Positions 34,927-45,398 of a stretch of DNA of 64,000 nt are shown here, in pieces. The stretch is from Bdellovibrionales bacterium (GTDB taxonomy: Bacteria; Bdellovibrionota; Bdellovibrionia; Bdellovibrionales; UBA1609). Below the pieces are notes generated by a model that saw only the letters and a list, made by a program, of their open reading frames with translations, was not told where the DNA came from and searched no databases. The position numbers and the translations under genes are program-made. Numbering within the stretch: the stretch's first letter is position 1; every line of letters begins with the position of its first letter. Where the stretch lies: positions 4,579 to 68,578 of the forward strand of contig JANQSP010000012.1 in the NCBI GenBank assembly GCA_028283955.1, in the 5' to 3' direction.

Positions 34927-36270
34927 ATGCTTCCCTGCACCCTGGAGGGAGAACGATTTATTTTAGGCGCCTTAATGATAGGGGAACAACGAATATGGGA
35001 TGAAGTTATGGAGATTCTTCACCCGGAGGATTTCCACAAACAGGCACATAAAGATATTTTTTCCTGTATGCAAGGGCTCTATAAATCCGGACAGACAGCA
35101 GACATTCTACGTATCAGTGAAGAACTAAAAAAAGAAAATAAACTGGAAAGTCTTGGTGGTTCTTTATACCTGGCTGAGCTGGTCGAGGAAAGCGCCTCTC
35201 CTGTCAGTGCGGAAGAGTGTGCCCATATTATCCGGGAAAAATCTCTTTTAAGAAAAATTATAAAACTTTGTTCTGACTTTAGACAAAGGGCCATAAGTCA
35301 TGACTTTCTCAAACTGGACTCCTTCATTGATTCACTGGAAAAGGACTTGTTTCAATTCACTGAAGATCTCAGCCAAAACCAACTCTCACCTGTCCCTGAT
35401 TTAATAAAAACCAGCCTGGATCGCCTGGAAGAACTACACCATAAAAAACTGAGTGTCACTGGTGTGCCCACGGCCTTTACCGAACTGGATCATCTCACCT
35501 CCGGTTTTCAACCAGGAGAGTTAAGTATTATCGCTGCCCGACCGGCCATGGGAAAAACAGCTTTCAGCTTAAACATTGCCCTGTCTGCCAGCTTAAACAA
35601 TAAAAAGGTTGCTTTTTTCTCTGTGGAAATGGCAAAAGAACAGGTTTTAATGAGGCTTCTTTCTCTAACCGGAAAAATTCCTTTATCTCACCTCAGGAAT
35701 GGACAAATTGCTGCCCAGGATTGGGATAACCTAGTGTTGGCGGCTTCCAAATTAAGTGAGACTTCTTTTTTCATAGATGACTCTTCCTTTCTTTCCCCCT
35801 TTGAAATTCGTTCACGAGCCAGAAGACTCAAAGCCCGCCATGGCCTGGACCTTCTCATTGTGGACTATTTACAGTTAATGGGTCTTAAAGAACCCATGGA
35901 AAGCCGGGAAAGAGAGGTATCAGAGATATCAAAACTTCTTAAGTCTATCGCCAAAGAGCTACACATTCCCGTACTGGCCTTATCCCAGCTAAACAGGGGG
36001 GTAGAAGGAAGAACGAACCGCCGCCCCCTCCTTTCTGATCTTAGAGAATCCGGCTCTATTGAACAAGATGCGGATGTCATTATGATGATTTACCGGGATG
36101 ATTATTACAATAATAACAGTGATAAAAAAGGCCAGGCGGAAATAATATTAAACAAGCAAAGAAACGGGCCTACGGGTGTTGTTAACCTGAAATGGGATCC
36201 CCGCTTTGGTCTTTTTGAAAACTATATTCCCATGGCGGAAGAAAGCCCCCCACCCCCTATGCCTTTCTGA
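34927..36270 (+). CDS. dnaB: Replicative DNA helicase
   Basis: LPCTLEGERFILGALMIG (N-terminal DnaB motif) and ARPAMGKTAFSLNIA (Walker A). The ATG at 34927 is preferred over the TTG at 34843. Confidence 0.9.
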   Translation: MLPCTLEGERFILGALMIGEQRIWDEVMEILHPEDFHKQAHKDIFSCMQGLYKSGQTADILRISEELKKENKLESLGGSLYLAELVEESASPVSAEECAHIIREKSLLRKIIKLCSDFRQRAISHDFLKLDSFIDSLEKDLFQFTEDLSQNQLSPVPDLIKTSLDRLEELHHKKLSVTGVPTAFTELDHLTSGFQPGELSIIAARPAMGKTAFSLNIALSASLNNKKVAFFSVEMAKEQVLMRLLSLTGKIPLSHLRNGQIAAQDWDNLVLAASKLSETSFFIDDSSFLSPFEIRSRARRLKARHGLDLLIVDYLQLMGLKEPMESREREVSEISKLLKSIAKELHIPVLALSQLNRGVEGRTNRRPLLSDLRESGSIEQDADVIMMIYRDDYYNNNSDKKGQAEIILNKQRNGPTGVVNLKWDPRFGLFENYIPMAEESPPPPMPF

Positions 36271-36354
36271 ACTTAAAATAGAATTGAGAACAGGCTAAGT
36301 ATATTTTTTTATAAAATACAGGGTAAGCACGACGGAAAATACAGAAAAGCTTTT

Positions 36355-36831
36355 TTATTCTTTTGAAGAAGCTTCCTTTTTCTTTGAAACAGCAGGAGAA
36401 ATATGAACCTTTATCTCCGTCTTCATATCAGATCCAAAATCCAGAAGAAGAGTATACTCCCCTGTTTCTTTTAAAGGGTTCTCCATCTTAATCGCTTTTT
36501 TACCAACCTCATAGCCTTGAAGTTGAAGCTGTTTTGAAACTTCAAATACCGTTAGAGAACCAAAAAGCCGTCCAGAAGAATCCGCTTCTTTTGTAAAAGA
36601 AAGTGTCAGTCCTTTGAGTTTGTCAACGAGAGTCTGTCTTAGCAAGAGAGCTTTCTTCTTTTTACATTCAATCATCTGCTGCCGGTGCCGGACCTGAGAA
36701 GCTGAACCATCTGTAAAGGGAATAGCCCACTTTTTTGGAAACAGCAAATGCCGGGCATATCCTTTCTTCACAGATACAATATCACCAGCTTGACCCAGGT
36801 TTTTGAGATCTTTTTGTAAAATCACTTTCAT
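36355..36831 (-). CDS. rplI: 50S ribosomal protein L9
   Basis: MKVILQKDLKNLGQAGDIVSVKKGYARHLLFPKKWA. Confidence 0.9.
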   Translation of the reverse strand: MKVILQKDLKNLGQAGDIVSVKKGYARHLLFPKKWAIPFTDGSASQVRHRQQMIECKKKKALLLRQTLVDKLKGLTLSFTKEADSSGRLFGSLTVFEVSKQLQLQGYEVGKKAIKMENPLKETGEYTLLLDFGSDMKTEIKVHISPAVSKKKEASSKE

Positions 36832-37263
36832 TTATTGCACACCTGTTTTTTTGGCAAAAAAAGTTTTTCTCTTCTGAATACGAGCTTGTCTTTCTTTTTC
36901 TCTTTTCACCGCCGCCTCTATAAGACCACGGAAATCTTCCAAATGTTCGGCTGCCGATTTTTTGGAAGATAATTTTTCAAAATGATAGTAAAGCACTTTT
37001 TCATCCATTCTGATTCGTCTTATCAGCTCTTCCACCACTCCGGTTTGTCCCCCAAAAGAAAAATGAAAGTAAAGTCCCTGAGACCATCTGTATTTATTTT
37101 TGTTCGCCAGCTTTCTTACTCCCCAACTGTCTATATGATAAAGATCTCCGTTAAACTGTTTAATCGTCTCTCTCATTTTCTGAAAAAAAAGCTTTTGAGA
37201 CTCCGGCGCCAAAGTGGGCCCCATGACCAAAACAGATTCATAACTTACATTATTATTTCCCAT
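36832..37263 (-). CDS. rpsF: 30S ribosomal protein S6 with a basic C-terminal extension
   Basis: YESVLVMGPTL...YHIDSWGVRKLA... Its stop codon abuts the rplI start. Confidence 0.85.
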   Translation of the reverse strand: MGNNNVSYESVLVMGPTLAPESQKLFFQKMRETIKQFNGDLYHIDSWGVRKLANKNKYRWSQGLYFHFSFGGQTGVVEELIRRIRMDEKVLYYHFEKLSSKKSAAEHLEDFRGLIEAAVKREKERQARIQKRKTFFAKKTGVQ

Positions 37264-37487
37264 TTTTTCCTTTCCTATTTCTTATCCACAACATAAAATT
37301 CCAATAATATTTAGACAATAACGACCTTTTAACACAGAGGGTTGATTTCAGCAAGCCCGAGTAAATTATTTCAATATTGGCAGTTTTATTGAATAATATA
37401 TCCAGTACCACTATATCCACAAAGGGGAAACACTATCAATGAGTCCTTTATAAAACGCCTATTAAAGACACACTAAAAAAGGAAAAA

Positions 37488-38159
37488 ATGAAAATCTGTT
37501 TTTTAAACGGTCCCTATAAAGGTAAAGAATTCCCCGTAAAAAAAGGTCTTATCCTCAGTCGCAATAGTGAAGAAGAAGAGGATATCGCAATAAAAGATCC
37601 AAAGGCTTCCAATCCCCATGCCAAAATCGTAAAGAAAAAGAATATATTCTATCTACAAGATATGGATTCCAAAAACGGAACTTATGTTAATGAAGAAATT
37701 AATGATTTCTTTGCCCTTCAACCAGGCCTCAAATTTCAAATTGGACAAACTGTGCTTCAGGTCAAAGAATCACCCAAACCCAAAAAACCCTGGAATGAAG
37801 CTGTAATGGAAGAACTCAAAAAAATATCTTTTGAAAATCATCCAAAGCCGATGAAAACAATAACACCACCCTTGGTACTTAAGTTTAAATCAGGTGTACA
37901 AAAAGGAAACACATGGCATATCCATTACGGCCCCAGAGAAGCCGGTTCCAGCTGTCTGGATTTACCTATTTTAGACCCACAAGCCCCGGATATATGTTTT
38001 TCATTAGAACCATCCAAAGACTCCGTTTTATTTAAAACTCTGTATCCGGAAAAAATTCTTATCAATAAAAAACACATATCCAAAAAAAAATTAACTAACG
38101 GGGACTGCATTTCTTTCGCTAACACTTCTATCGAAGTAAGCTACAATAAAAAACCTTAA
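37488..38159 (+). CDS. FHA-domain protein
   Basis: ILSRNSEEEEDIAIKDPKASNPHAKIVKKKNIFYLQDMDSKNGTYVNEE is an FHA core. A second FHA-like segment may lie at the C-terminus. Confidence 0.7.
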   Translation: MKICFLNGPYKGKEFPVKKGLILSRNSEEEEDIAIKDPKASNPHAKIVKKKNIFYLQDMDSKNGTYVNEEINDFFALQPGLKFQIGQTVLQVKESPKPKKPWNEAVMEELKKISFENHPKPMKTITPPLVLKFKSGVQKGNTWHIHYGPREAGSSCLDLPILDPQAPDICFSLEPSKDSVLFKTLYPEKILINKKHISKKKLTNGDCISFANTSIEVSYNKKP

Positions 38160-38181
38160 GCCCCTTGTTTTTCTTCTTCCT

Positions 38182-38928
38182 TTAGTCCGAACTGAGATAA
38201 GCTTTTAAATATTCTCTGTTCATTCTGGCAATAGAACGAAGAGAAATTTCCTTAGGACAAGCGCGAGAACAAGCTCCTGTATTAGTACAAGCGCCAAAAC
38301 CCTCCTTTTCCATCTGTCCCACCATTCTTAAAGCCCGGCTTTTTTTCTCTGCCTGCCCCTGCGGCAGAAGATTTAAATGAGACAATTTAGCGGATACAAA
38401 CAAACTGGCTGAAGCATTTTTACAAACAGCCACACAAGCTCCACATCCAATACAAGCCGCATTGGAAAAGGCCTCCTCCGCTTTTCCTTTTTCCACAGGA
38501 ATACTATGCGCTTCGGGAGCCGAACCCGTGTTAACAGATATATAGCCTCCCGATTGAATAATACGATCCAAAGAGGAACGATCCACAATTAAATCCTGGA
38601 TAACAGGAAAGGCTTTGGCACGAAAAGGTTCCACCCACACCTCTTCCCGGTCTTTAAAAGACCTTAAGTGAAGCTGACAAACTGCGGAGCCGGTATGAGG
38701 ACCATGAGGATTACCGTTAATCACCAAAGAGCAAGAACCACAAATCCCCTCACGACAATCATGATCAAAAGCCACGGGAACTTTCTTCTTCTTCACCAGG
38801 TTTTCATTTAACTGATCCAACATTTCCAAAAAAGACATATCCGATGATAATTCTTCCAGCACATAAGATTCAAAACGCCCGTCTTTCTGACCTTGTTCCT
38901 GTCTCCAGATTTTTAACTTTAAGACCAT
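38182..38928 (-). CDS. sdhB: Succinate dehydrogenase/fumarate reductase iron-sulfur subunit
   Basis: Cys clusters CREGICGSC, CIGCGACVAVC and CTNTGACSRACP. The ATG at 38928 (gaggg SD) is preferred; the track ORF runs to 38958. Confidence 0.9.
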   Translation of the reverse strand: MVLKLKIWRQEQGQKDGRFESYVLEELSSDMSFLEMLDQLNENLVKKKKVPVAFDHDCREGICGSCSLVINGNPHGPHTGSAVCQLHLRSFKDREEVWVEPFRAKAFPVIQDLIVDRSSLDRIIQSGGYISVNTGSAPEAHSIPVEKGKAEEAFSNAACIGCGACVAVCKNASASLFVSAKLSHLNLLPQGQAEKKSRALRMVGQMEKEGFGACTNTGACSRACPKEISLRSIARMNREYLKAYLSSD

Positions 38929-38938
38929 AACACCCTCG

Positions 38939-40855
38939 TTACTTATAACTTCGTACACTTAAAGAAACTTCTTTAAACTCTAATGGCTCTTTATGTAAAA
39001 TCCAGTCCTTTCCCTGACTATCTTTGCTTTCCCAAACAGATACATGGCAAAAATTTTCATCATCCCTTATGGCCTCTTGGTCAGGCGTCTGATATTCCTC
39101 ACGAAAATGAGAGCCACAAGATTCTTTTCTCGCCAAAGCATCCTTAGCCATTAACTCAGCTAATTCCAAAAAATCCGCCATCCGCAAAGCCTTTTCCAGT
39201 TCCGCATTTTTATTACCCGCTTCACCAGGTACATAAACTTCATTCCAAAAATTCTCTCTTATTCCCTGAATTTGATCTATCGCTCCTATCAATCCTTTCT
39301 CACTTCGAAGCATCCCCACCTGATTCCATAATAAACCACCCAACTCACGATGAAAAAAATCCACTGTTTTAGACCCTCCCACCTGGATTACTTTCTTTAA
39401 TCTGTCTTCCACCTCTTTACAGGTCTCCTTTAAGGCCCTTTCCTTTTTACTCTCCGCTATGGCAGCACCTCCTACCAGATGTTTTGCCACTGTGTAGGGA
39501 ACAATAAAATAACCATCCGCCAAACCCTGCATAAGAGCGGAAGCTCCCAAACGATTGGCTCCATGATCAGAAAAGTTAGCCTCACCCAATACAAAAAGTC
39601 CTTTTACTGCACTCTCCAGATTGTAATCGACCCACAACCCTCCCATAGTATAATGAACCGCCGGATAAATACGCATAGGTTTTTCATATGGATTTTCCCC
39701 TGTGATCTTTTCATACATCTGGAAAAGATTTCCATATTTTTCAGATAAAGACCCTTTACCCAACCTTTTTATTGCATCTTTAAAGTCCAGATAGACCGCC
39801 TCCCCCGTAGGACCCACACCCAAACCGGCATCCACCTGAAACTTGGCCTGTCTGGAAGCCAGGTCCCTCGGCACCAAATTACCAAAACTGGGATAAATCC
39901 TTTCTAAATAATAATCTCTTTCCCCTTCAGGAATGCTTTCCGGCGCTCTTTTATCTCCCGCATTCTTAGGAACCCAAACACGCCCATCATTACGAAGGGA
40001 TTCGGAAAGCAAAGTCAGCTTGGACTGATAATTTCCTGACCGAGGAATACAGGTGGGATGAATTTGCGTAAAACAAGGATTAGCAAAAAAAGCTCCCCTT
40101 TTATGACAACGCCAGGCTGCACTGGCATTTGAATGCATAGCATTAGTGGAAAGGTAAAAAATATTTCCATAACCACCCGTAGCCAAAATCACCGCTTGAG
40201 CCAAATGCCCTTCAACTTCCCCTGTTAACAGGTTACGTGTCACTATTCCAACAGCCTGCCCTTCACAAACTACCAGATCCATCATTTCGTGTCGGGGATA
40301 CAAGCTCACTCTCCCTCTATCCACCTGCCTCATTAAAGCACTGTATGCCCCCAGTAAAAGTTGCTGACCTGTTTGTCCCCTGGCATAAAAAGTACGGGAC
40401 ACCTGCGCTCCTCCAAAAGAACGATTAGCTAACAGTCCCCCATACTCCCGGGCAAAAGGAACTCCCTGGGCAACACAGTGATCTATAATGTGATTGGAAA
40501 TCTGAGCCAATCTATAGATATTGGCCTCTCGGGAGCGAAAATCCCCCCCTTTAACTGTATCGTAAAACAGCCTTTTTATAGAATCCCCATCTCCCGGATA
40601 GTTTTTGGCCGCATTAATACCTCCCTGGGCGGCAATGGAGTGCGCCCGCCGAGGAGAATCCTGAATACAAAAAGTCTTTACCTGGTAACCCAGTTCAGCC
40701 AAAGAAGAAGAGGCAGACGCTCCCGCCAAACCGGTCCCCACGACAATTACCTGATGCTTCCTCTTATTAGCCGGATTCACCAGAGGCAGCTCAAAACGAT
40801 GACGATCCCATTTTTCTTCCAGAGGACCTGAAGGAATACCGGCTGAAAATTTCAT
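38939..40855 (-). CDS. sdhA: Succinate dehydrogenase/fumarate reductase flavoprotein subunit
   Basis: [11 protein letters not shown] (FAD loop) and [13 protein letters not shown] (FAD-attachment His). Confidence 0.95.
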   Translation of the reverse strand: MKFSAGIPSGPLEEKWDRHRFELPLVNPANKRKHQVIVVGTGLAGASASSSLAELGYQVKTFCIQDSPRRAHSIAAQGGINAAKNYPGDGDSIKRLFYDTVKGGDFRSREANIYRLAQISNHIIDHCVAQGVPFAREYGGLLANRSFGGAQVSRTFYARGQTGQQLLLGAYSALMRQVDRGRVSLYPRHEMMDLVVCEGQAVGIVTRNLLTGEVEGHLAQAVILATGGYGNIFYLSTNAMHSNASAAWRCHKRGAFFANPCFTQIHPTCIPRSGNYQSKLTLLSESLRNDGRVWVPKNAGDKRAPESIPEGERDYYLERIYPSFGNLVPRDLASRQAKFQVDAGLGVGPTGEAVYLDFKDAIKRLGKGSLSEKYGNLFQMYEKITGENPYEKPMRIYPAVHYTMGGLWVDYNLESAVKGLFVLGEANFSDHGANRLGASALMQGLADGYFIVPYTVAKHLVGGAAIAESKKERALKETCKEVEDRLKKVIQVGGSKTVDFFHRELGGLLWNQVGMLRSEKGLIGAIDQIQGIRENFWNEVYVPGEAGNKNAELEKALRMADFLELAELMAKDALARKESCGSHFREEYQTPDQEAIRDDENFCHVSVWESKDSQGKDWILHKEPLEFKEVSLSVRSYK

Positions 40856-40870
40856 TTTATACTTACTTCC

Positions 40871-41527
40871 TCACACAAAAAAGAACACATATATAGGAAG
40901 GGATATATATCCCACAGTAACAAACACAGCATAACCCAAACTCAGTTTCTTTATCCAGGAATCAAACCGAGGATGACTTAAACCCAAAGACTGAAAAGAA
41001 GAACTCAAACCATGAAATAAATGAACAAACAGGATCAACAAAGCAATCAGATACCAAATAACCATCACGGGTTTTTGAAACACCTCTATCACCAACTGAA
41101 ACAGGTTCCTTACTGTCTTTCCTTCATAAACCACTTCATAATGAGCTCCAAATTTAAAAGTAATAAGATGCAATATTACAAAAACCAAAATCACCGCCCC
41201 CTGAGCAATGAGGGTTTTTTGATACCAGGCGGTAGCTTTCCACCCTGAAGCCTGCCGAGCATACTTTTCTGAGCGGGAGAAATAGTTTTTTACACCTAAA
41301 ATGAGAGCCAATATTATATGAAGTAAAAATGCAGTCAGAAGCCCTGTTTGAACAATAACTGAGGCTTTCATGTTTACCATTTGGTGCATATATAAATTAT
41401 AAGCTTTATCCCCCGCAAAAATAAGCAGATTGCCCAGCATATGAGCCAGGACAAAAAAAGCCAGGCCCAGCCCCGTCACGCCCATCAAATACTTTTGTCC
41501 TATAGAAAACAGAAAAAATTTTTTCAT
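40871..41527 (-). CDS. sdhC: Succinate dehydrogenase cytochrome b subunit (single large b558-type, 5 TM)
   Basis: 218 aa, polytopic, His-containing helices. Gene order is C-A-B, as in type-B enzymes. Confidence 0.75.
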   Translation of the reverse strand: MKKFFLFSIGQKYLMGVTGLGLAFFVLAHMLGNLLIFAGDKAYNLYMHQMVNMKASVIVQTGLLTAFLLHIILALILGVKNYFSRSEKYARQASGWKATAWYQKTLIAQGAVILVFVILHLITFKFGAHYEVVYEGKTVRNLFQLVIEVFQKPVMVIWYLIALLILFVHLFHGLSSSFQSLGLSHPRFDSWIKKLSLGYAVFVTVGYISLPIYVFFFV

Positions 41528-41607
41528 ATCACATTGATCCTCTTACAACTCTATTTTAGAATCATACGAAATTTTTCCTCTTTTTGCCAAGCAGGAGTTT
41601 TTGTTCT

Positions 41608-42375
41608 GTGAATATCTTAGTATGCGTAAAACAGGTACCGGACACAGGTACTCGTATTCAATTGTCAAAAGAAGACGGAATTGATGAATCCGGAATTGAA
41701 TGGATTATTAACCCTTATGACGAGTTTGCCATTGAAGAAGCTTTACGGATCAAAGAAAGAAAGCAAAAAGGGGAGGTCATAGTCTTAAGTATGGGGCCGG
41801 CCAGAATGGAAAAAACCCTACGGAGAGCCTTGGCAATGGGAGCAGACAGAGCCTGTCTTATTGAAACCGACAAAAAAGCGGATCCGCTTTTTGTAGCACA
41901 AACCCTGGCTCAAGTAATAACAAAAGAAAAAGCAGACCTCATCATCACCGGTAAAGCCGGTATTGATGAAAACCACTCAGCAACCGGTGCGATGTTGGCC
42001 GAAACGCTGTCACTACCTCATGTTGGTTTTGTAAAAGCCTTCACAGAATCAGAAGAGGGAAAGTGGATTTGTGAAAGACAAATGGAGACAGGAATAACAG
42101 AAGAAATAGCATTACGTCTTCCTGCTCTCATTACTGTAGAAAAAGGAATTAATGAGCCTCGCTACCCTTCTCTTCCGGGAATTATGAAAGCAAAGAAAAA
42201 AGAACTAAAAAAAATAAGCCTTTCCTCTCTACCTCCTTCTCCTTCAGACATTATTCACTTCCACTCTTATCGCCTTCCCGCTCCACCCCCCACCCCTCAA
42301 ATCATTTCAGGTTCAGCTGAAGAGCAAGCAAAAAAACTGGTTCAAATGCTAAGAGAAAAGGAGAAAGTTTTATAG
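41608..42375 (+). CDS. etfB: Electron transfer flavoprotein beta subunit
   Basis: VNILVCVKQVPDT... A GTG at 41608 with gcaggag upstream is preferred; the track ORF starts at 41584. Confidence 0.9.
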   Translation: MNILVCVKQVPDTGTRIQLSKEDGIDESGIEWIINPYDEFAIEEALRIKERKQKGEVIVLSMGPARMEKTLRRALAMGADRACLIETDKKADPLFVAQTLAQVITKEKADLIITGKAGIDENHSATGAMLAETLSLPHVGFVKAFTESEEGKWICERQMETGITEEIALRLPALITVEKGINEPRYPSLPGIMKAKKKELKKISLSSLPPSPSDIIHFHSYRLPAPPPTPQIISGSAEEQAKKLVQMLREKEKVL

Positions 42376-42376
42376 C

Positions 42377-43357
42377 ATGTCTTCTGTCAATATACTCATA
42401 TCAGTCGATTTTTTAGAAGGTCAGCCTAAAACCTCCAGTCTTGACTTAATCTCCTTTGTTCGTCAGCAAGGGTGGATGGCTCACGCACTATGCCTTGGAA
42501 CCAACAAAGAAAGTCTGGAAAAAATAACAGAAACCGGAGCGGAAAAAATTTTTTTCCACTCACAAAAAAATCCCAATCCCCAGATCCTTGCCCCCTTCCT
42601 ATATAACTTTGTAAAAGAGCAAAAGCCGGCTTTGATCCTGGCTTCATCCTCACAGCACAACCTGGATCTCTTTCCCAGATTGGCTATGCGGTTAAAAAGC
42701 CCCTTTCTTTCTGATTGCCTGAGCCTGAAACAAACAGAAAAAGCCTGGATAATTGAAAAAAGTCTTTATGCCGGAAAATGCACCGCCAGCTGCACTTTAG
42801 AATCATCCTCGGATAAAACTCCTATTATCCTAATGCGCCCCCATCAAGTCCAACAACAACAAACAACAAGTCAAAATAGAGATAACTCTATTACAGAGTT
42901 AACATGGAACTTTACAGAAAATGACAACTATACACTGACCCAAAAAAAACAAACACAGAAAACCAAAAGGCCGGACTTAACGGAAGCTCAAATCATTGTT
43001 TCCGGAGGAAGAGGAATGCAAGGCCCTGAGCATTTTAAATTATTGGAGGATCTGGCAGATACTCTAGGTCCACAGACGGCTGTAGGAGCTTCCCGCGCTG
43101 TCACGGATGCCGGTTGGTGTCCCCACACTATGCAGGTGGGCCAAACAGGAAAAACAGTCAGTCCTCAACTCTATATTGCCTGCGGCATCTCGGGAGCTAT
43201 TCAACACCTGGCGGGAATGAGCAGTTCCCGTATTATTGTCGCCATCAACAAGGACCCACAAGCTCCCCTGTTTCAAAAATGCCATTATGGGATAGTAGGA
43301 AACCTCTTTGAGATAATTCCCTTCCTTATCAAAGAATTAAAAACAGTAAAAAAATAA
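42377..43357 (+). CDS. etfA: Electron transfer flavoprotein alpha subunit
   Basis: C-terminal FAD domain: VSGGRG..., VGASRAVTDAGW and YIACGISGAIQHLAGM. Confidence 0.9.
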   Translation: MSSVNILISVDFLEGQPKTSSLDLISFVRQQGWMAHALCLGTNKESLEKITETGAEKIFFHSQKNPNPQILAPFLYNFVKEQKPALILASSSQHNLDLFPRLAMRLKSPFLSDCLSLKQTEKAWIIEKSLYAGKCTASCTLESSSDKTPIILMRPHQVQQQQTTSQNRDNSITELTWNFTENDNYTLTQKKQTQKTKRPDLTEAQIIVSGGRGMQGPEHFKLLEDLADTLGPQTAVGASRAVTDAGWCPHTMQVGQTGKTVSPQLYIACGISGAIQHLAGMSSSRIIVAINKDPQAPLFQKCHYGIVGNLFEIIPFLIKELKTVKK

Positions 43358-43472
43358 AATAAAAGATGCATAAAAAGGGTTTTATCAAGGAAAATCTCCA
43401 AAGAACCAGGACAAAAGTCCCCTTTTCTTGATCCTGAGTAAAAATTAAGTATATACTGAAGTTCAGGTTTTT

Positions 43473-44345
43473 ATGTTTACACGTATTATATTCGTTATTT
43501 CTATCCTTTTTTTTTCCTCCGCACAGGCGGAAGTTCTGTCCACCATTTCCTACTCAGGAAAAAAAGGTCCTGTAATAATTGAAATTTCCCTGGAGGAATT
43601 CACAAAAACATATAGGAATGTAAGGCAAGTGGCGCCCAACACTCCTCCCGCCAAGAAGTTTTTTCAGGAATATCTACGCTACCGCATAGGATTGGAACAC
43701 GCTTACAACGACCCCAGTCTGGTTAAAAGCCCTTCCATCAGAAATATGCTCGCTGACCCTCTATTGAAAGAGGGTTTTGAACAACTGCTATATAAAAGCC
43801 TGGCGGAAAAAAAATTAAAAGGTAAAATCGCCAAACTGAATAAAACTTCCCAAAAGTTATCCAAAAGTATCATGCTCAAATTTTACAGAAACAACCCGGA
43901 ATTTGACATCAATTTCATTGTTATCAGTTTCCCGGTTGATCCCAAACCGAACCAGATCAAGGAGGCTCACTCCAGAGCAACAAAAATTTATAATGAAGTC
44001 AGAAAAAGCAAAAAACCCTTTGCTGAACTTATAGATATTTATTCTGATGATCGCTTAAGCGGAAGAATCAATATTACCCGCTCTCGCCACAATATCTATC
44101 CTACCGTTTACAATCGATTAAAAAAAATGAAAAACGGGCAAATTTCCGCCCCTATCAAAACAGCAACAGGTTTTTTTATTGTCAAACTAAACCGTAAAAT
44201 CCCTTTTGGTGAAGCTAACAGAACACAAATCAAAGCGGCCTATTTTGATGAGAAAAGAAGTAAAATATTAAAGCAATACTTTAATAGCCTAAAACCAAAA
44301 TACAAGGTAAAAACCAATACATCTTTACTAAATAAAATTCGTTAA
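43473..44345 (+). CDS. Parvulin-type peptidyl-prolyl isomerase (SurA/PpiD-like), secreted
   Basis: Signal peptide, and a rotamase-like segment ...GQISAPIKTATGFFIVKL. Confidence 0.7.
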   Translation: MFTRIIFVISILFFSSAQAEVLSTISYSGKKGPVIIEISLEEFTKTYRNVRQVAPNTPPAKKFFQEYLRYRIGLEHAYNDPSLVKSPSIRNMLADPLLKEGFEQLLYKSLAEKKLKGKIAKLNKTSQKLSKSIMLKFYRNNPEFDINFIVISFPVDPKPNQIKEAHSRATKIYNEVRKSKKPFAELIDIYSDDRLSGRINITRSRHNIYPTVYNRLKKMKNGQISAPIKTATGFFIVKLNRKIPFGEANRTQIKAAYFDEKRSKILKQYFNSLKPKYKVKTNTSLLNKIR

Positions 44346-45283
44346 TGAAAAAATTCCTGTTTCCTCTGGGGATTTATATCTCTTTTTTATGCCTGTTAAG
44401 TGGCTGCCCCTTTCAAGACCCTGTTGTACTGCAAATTAACTCACAAAAGTGGACCAGCCGACAATTTGCAAGACACTTGGCCAGAAAAGTGCGCACATTA
44501 AGTATAAACGACACACAAAATGACCTTCCCATTGAAGAACTTAAAGAGCAGCTGATTACAGACCTATTAATGGAGTATCTGCTTCACGAATGGGGAAAAG
44601 CTCACTCTATCTTTGTATCTGAAGCGGAACTGCAACAGGCAATTGAAAAAATAAAAAAAAATTATCCAAGTAAAGATGTATTTGAACTCTATTTAAAAAG
44701 AAAAAAAACCAACAAAGAAGAATGGAAAAGACACATAAAAAACAACTTGCTCAATAAAAAAGTGATGCAAAAAATTGGATCCGACGCAAAAAAACCGGAA
44801 CTAAAAGAAATGCAGGAATACTACGAAAACAACCTGAATCTCTTCAAAAAAAAAGAACGTATTCTTATTCATCATGTCTTTCATAAGAAAAAAGAACCCA
44901 TCACAAAAGTACAGCAATCCCTAAAACAAAACAAAGACTTAATATCAACCGCCCGAAACTTTATCGAGAACTCCCAAATAACACAAGCGCAATGGGTGGA
45001 AAGAGGTATCTTACAAATATTTGATAAAGCTTTTAAATTAAAAATAAATCAAGTCAGCCCTGTTTGGACAAGCCCGTATGGCTATCACATTATACAACTA
45101 TTGGATAAAAGACCTTCCCGGCAACTGGCCTTTGAAACAGTAAAAACACAGATCTATCAAGCTCTATTAACTCAAAGGCAAAAAGCCCTTTTCGCAAAAT
45201 GGTTAGATACACAAAGTAAAAAAATAAATATTCTAAAAAATGAAGAAGCTATAAAAAAAATAAAAATAAGAACATTATTGTAG
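44345..45283 (+). CDS. Parvulin-type peptidyl-prolyl isomerase lipoprotein (PrsA-like)
   Basis: Lipobox LLSGC, and ...VSPVWTSPYGYHIIQLL. Confidence 0.7.
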   Translation: MKKFLFPLGIYISFLCLLSGCPFQDPVVLQINSQKWTSRQFARHLARKVRTLSINDTQNDLPIEELKEQLITDLLMEYLLHEWGKAHSIFVSEAELQQAIEKIKKNYPSKDVFELYLKRKKTNKEEWKRHIKNNLLNKKVMQKIGSDAKKPELKEMQEYYENNLNLFKKKERILIHHVFHKKKEPITKVQQSLKQNKDLISTARNFIENSQITQAQWVERGILQIFDKAFKLKINQVSPVWTSPYGYHIIQLLDKRPSRQLAFETVKTQIYQALLTQRQKALFAKWLDTQSKKINILKNEEAIKKIKIRTLL

Positions 45284-45398
45284 TATTACGCTGTTTTAAA
45301 GTTTTCCCCATCGCTCCCAATAACCTGAAAGAGGAGAAAAAATCCGTTTCCAAAAATAGACATTTGTTAAAAATTAATTTTTAATATATACACTACTT

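Noticed and set aside
37282-37290. Perfect consensus DnaA box TTATCCACA upstream of rpsF, plus ATATCCACA at 37423-37431, about 1 kb from dnaB
   Set aside because: A single perfect 9-mer is expected by chance roughly once per 100-250 kb when both strands are counted. There is no dense cluster, no AT-rich unwinding element and no strand-bias switch here. At most it is a DnaA-titrating or regulatory site, and this is not supportable from sequence alone.
45367-45384. Perfect 18-bp palindrome ttaaaaattaatttttaa upstream of the third PPIase gene
   Set aside because: It consists only of A and T in an AT-rich promoter region. Low-complexity palindromes like this are expected by chance, and nothing else supports a function.
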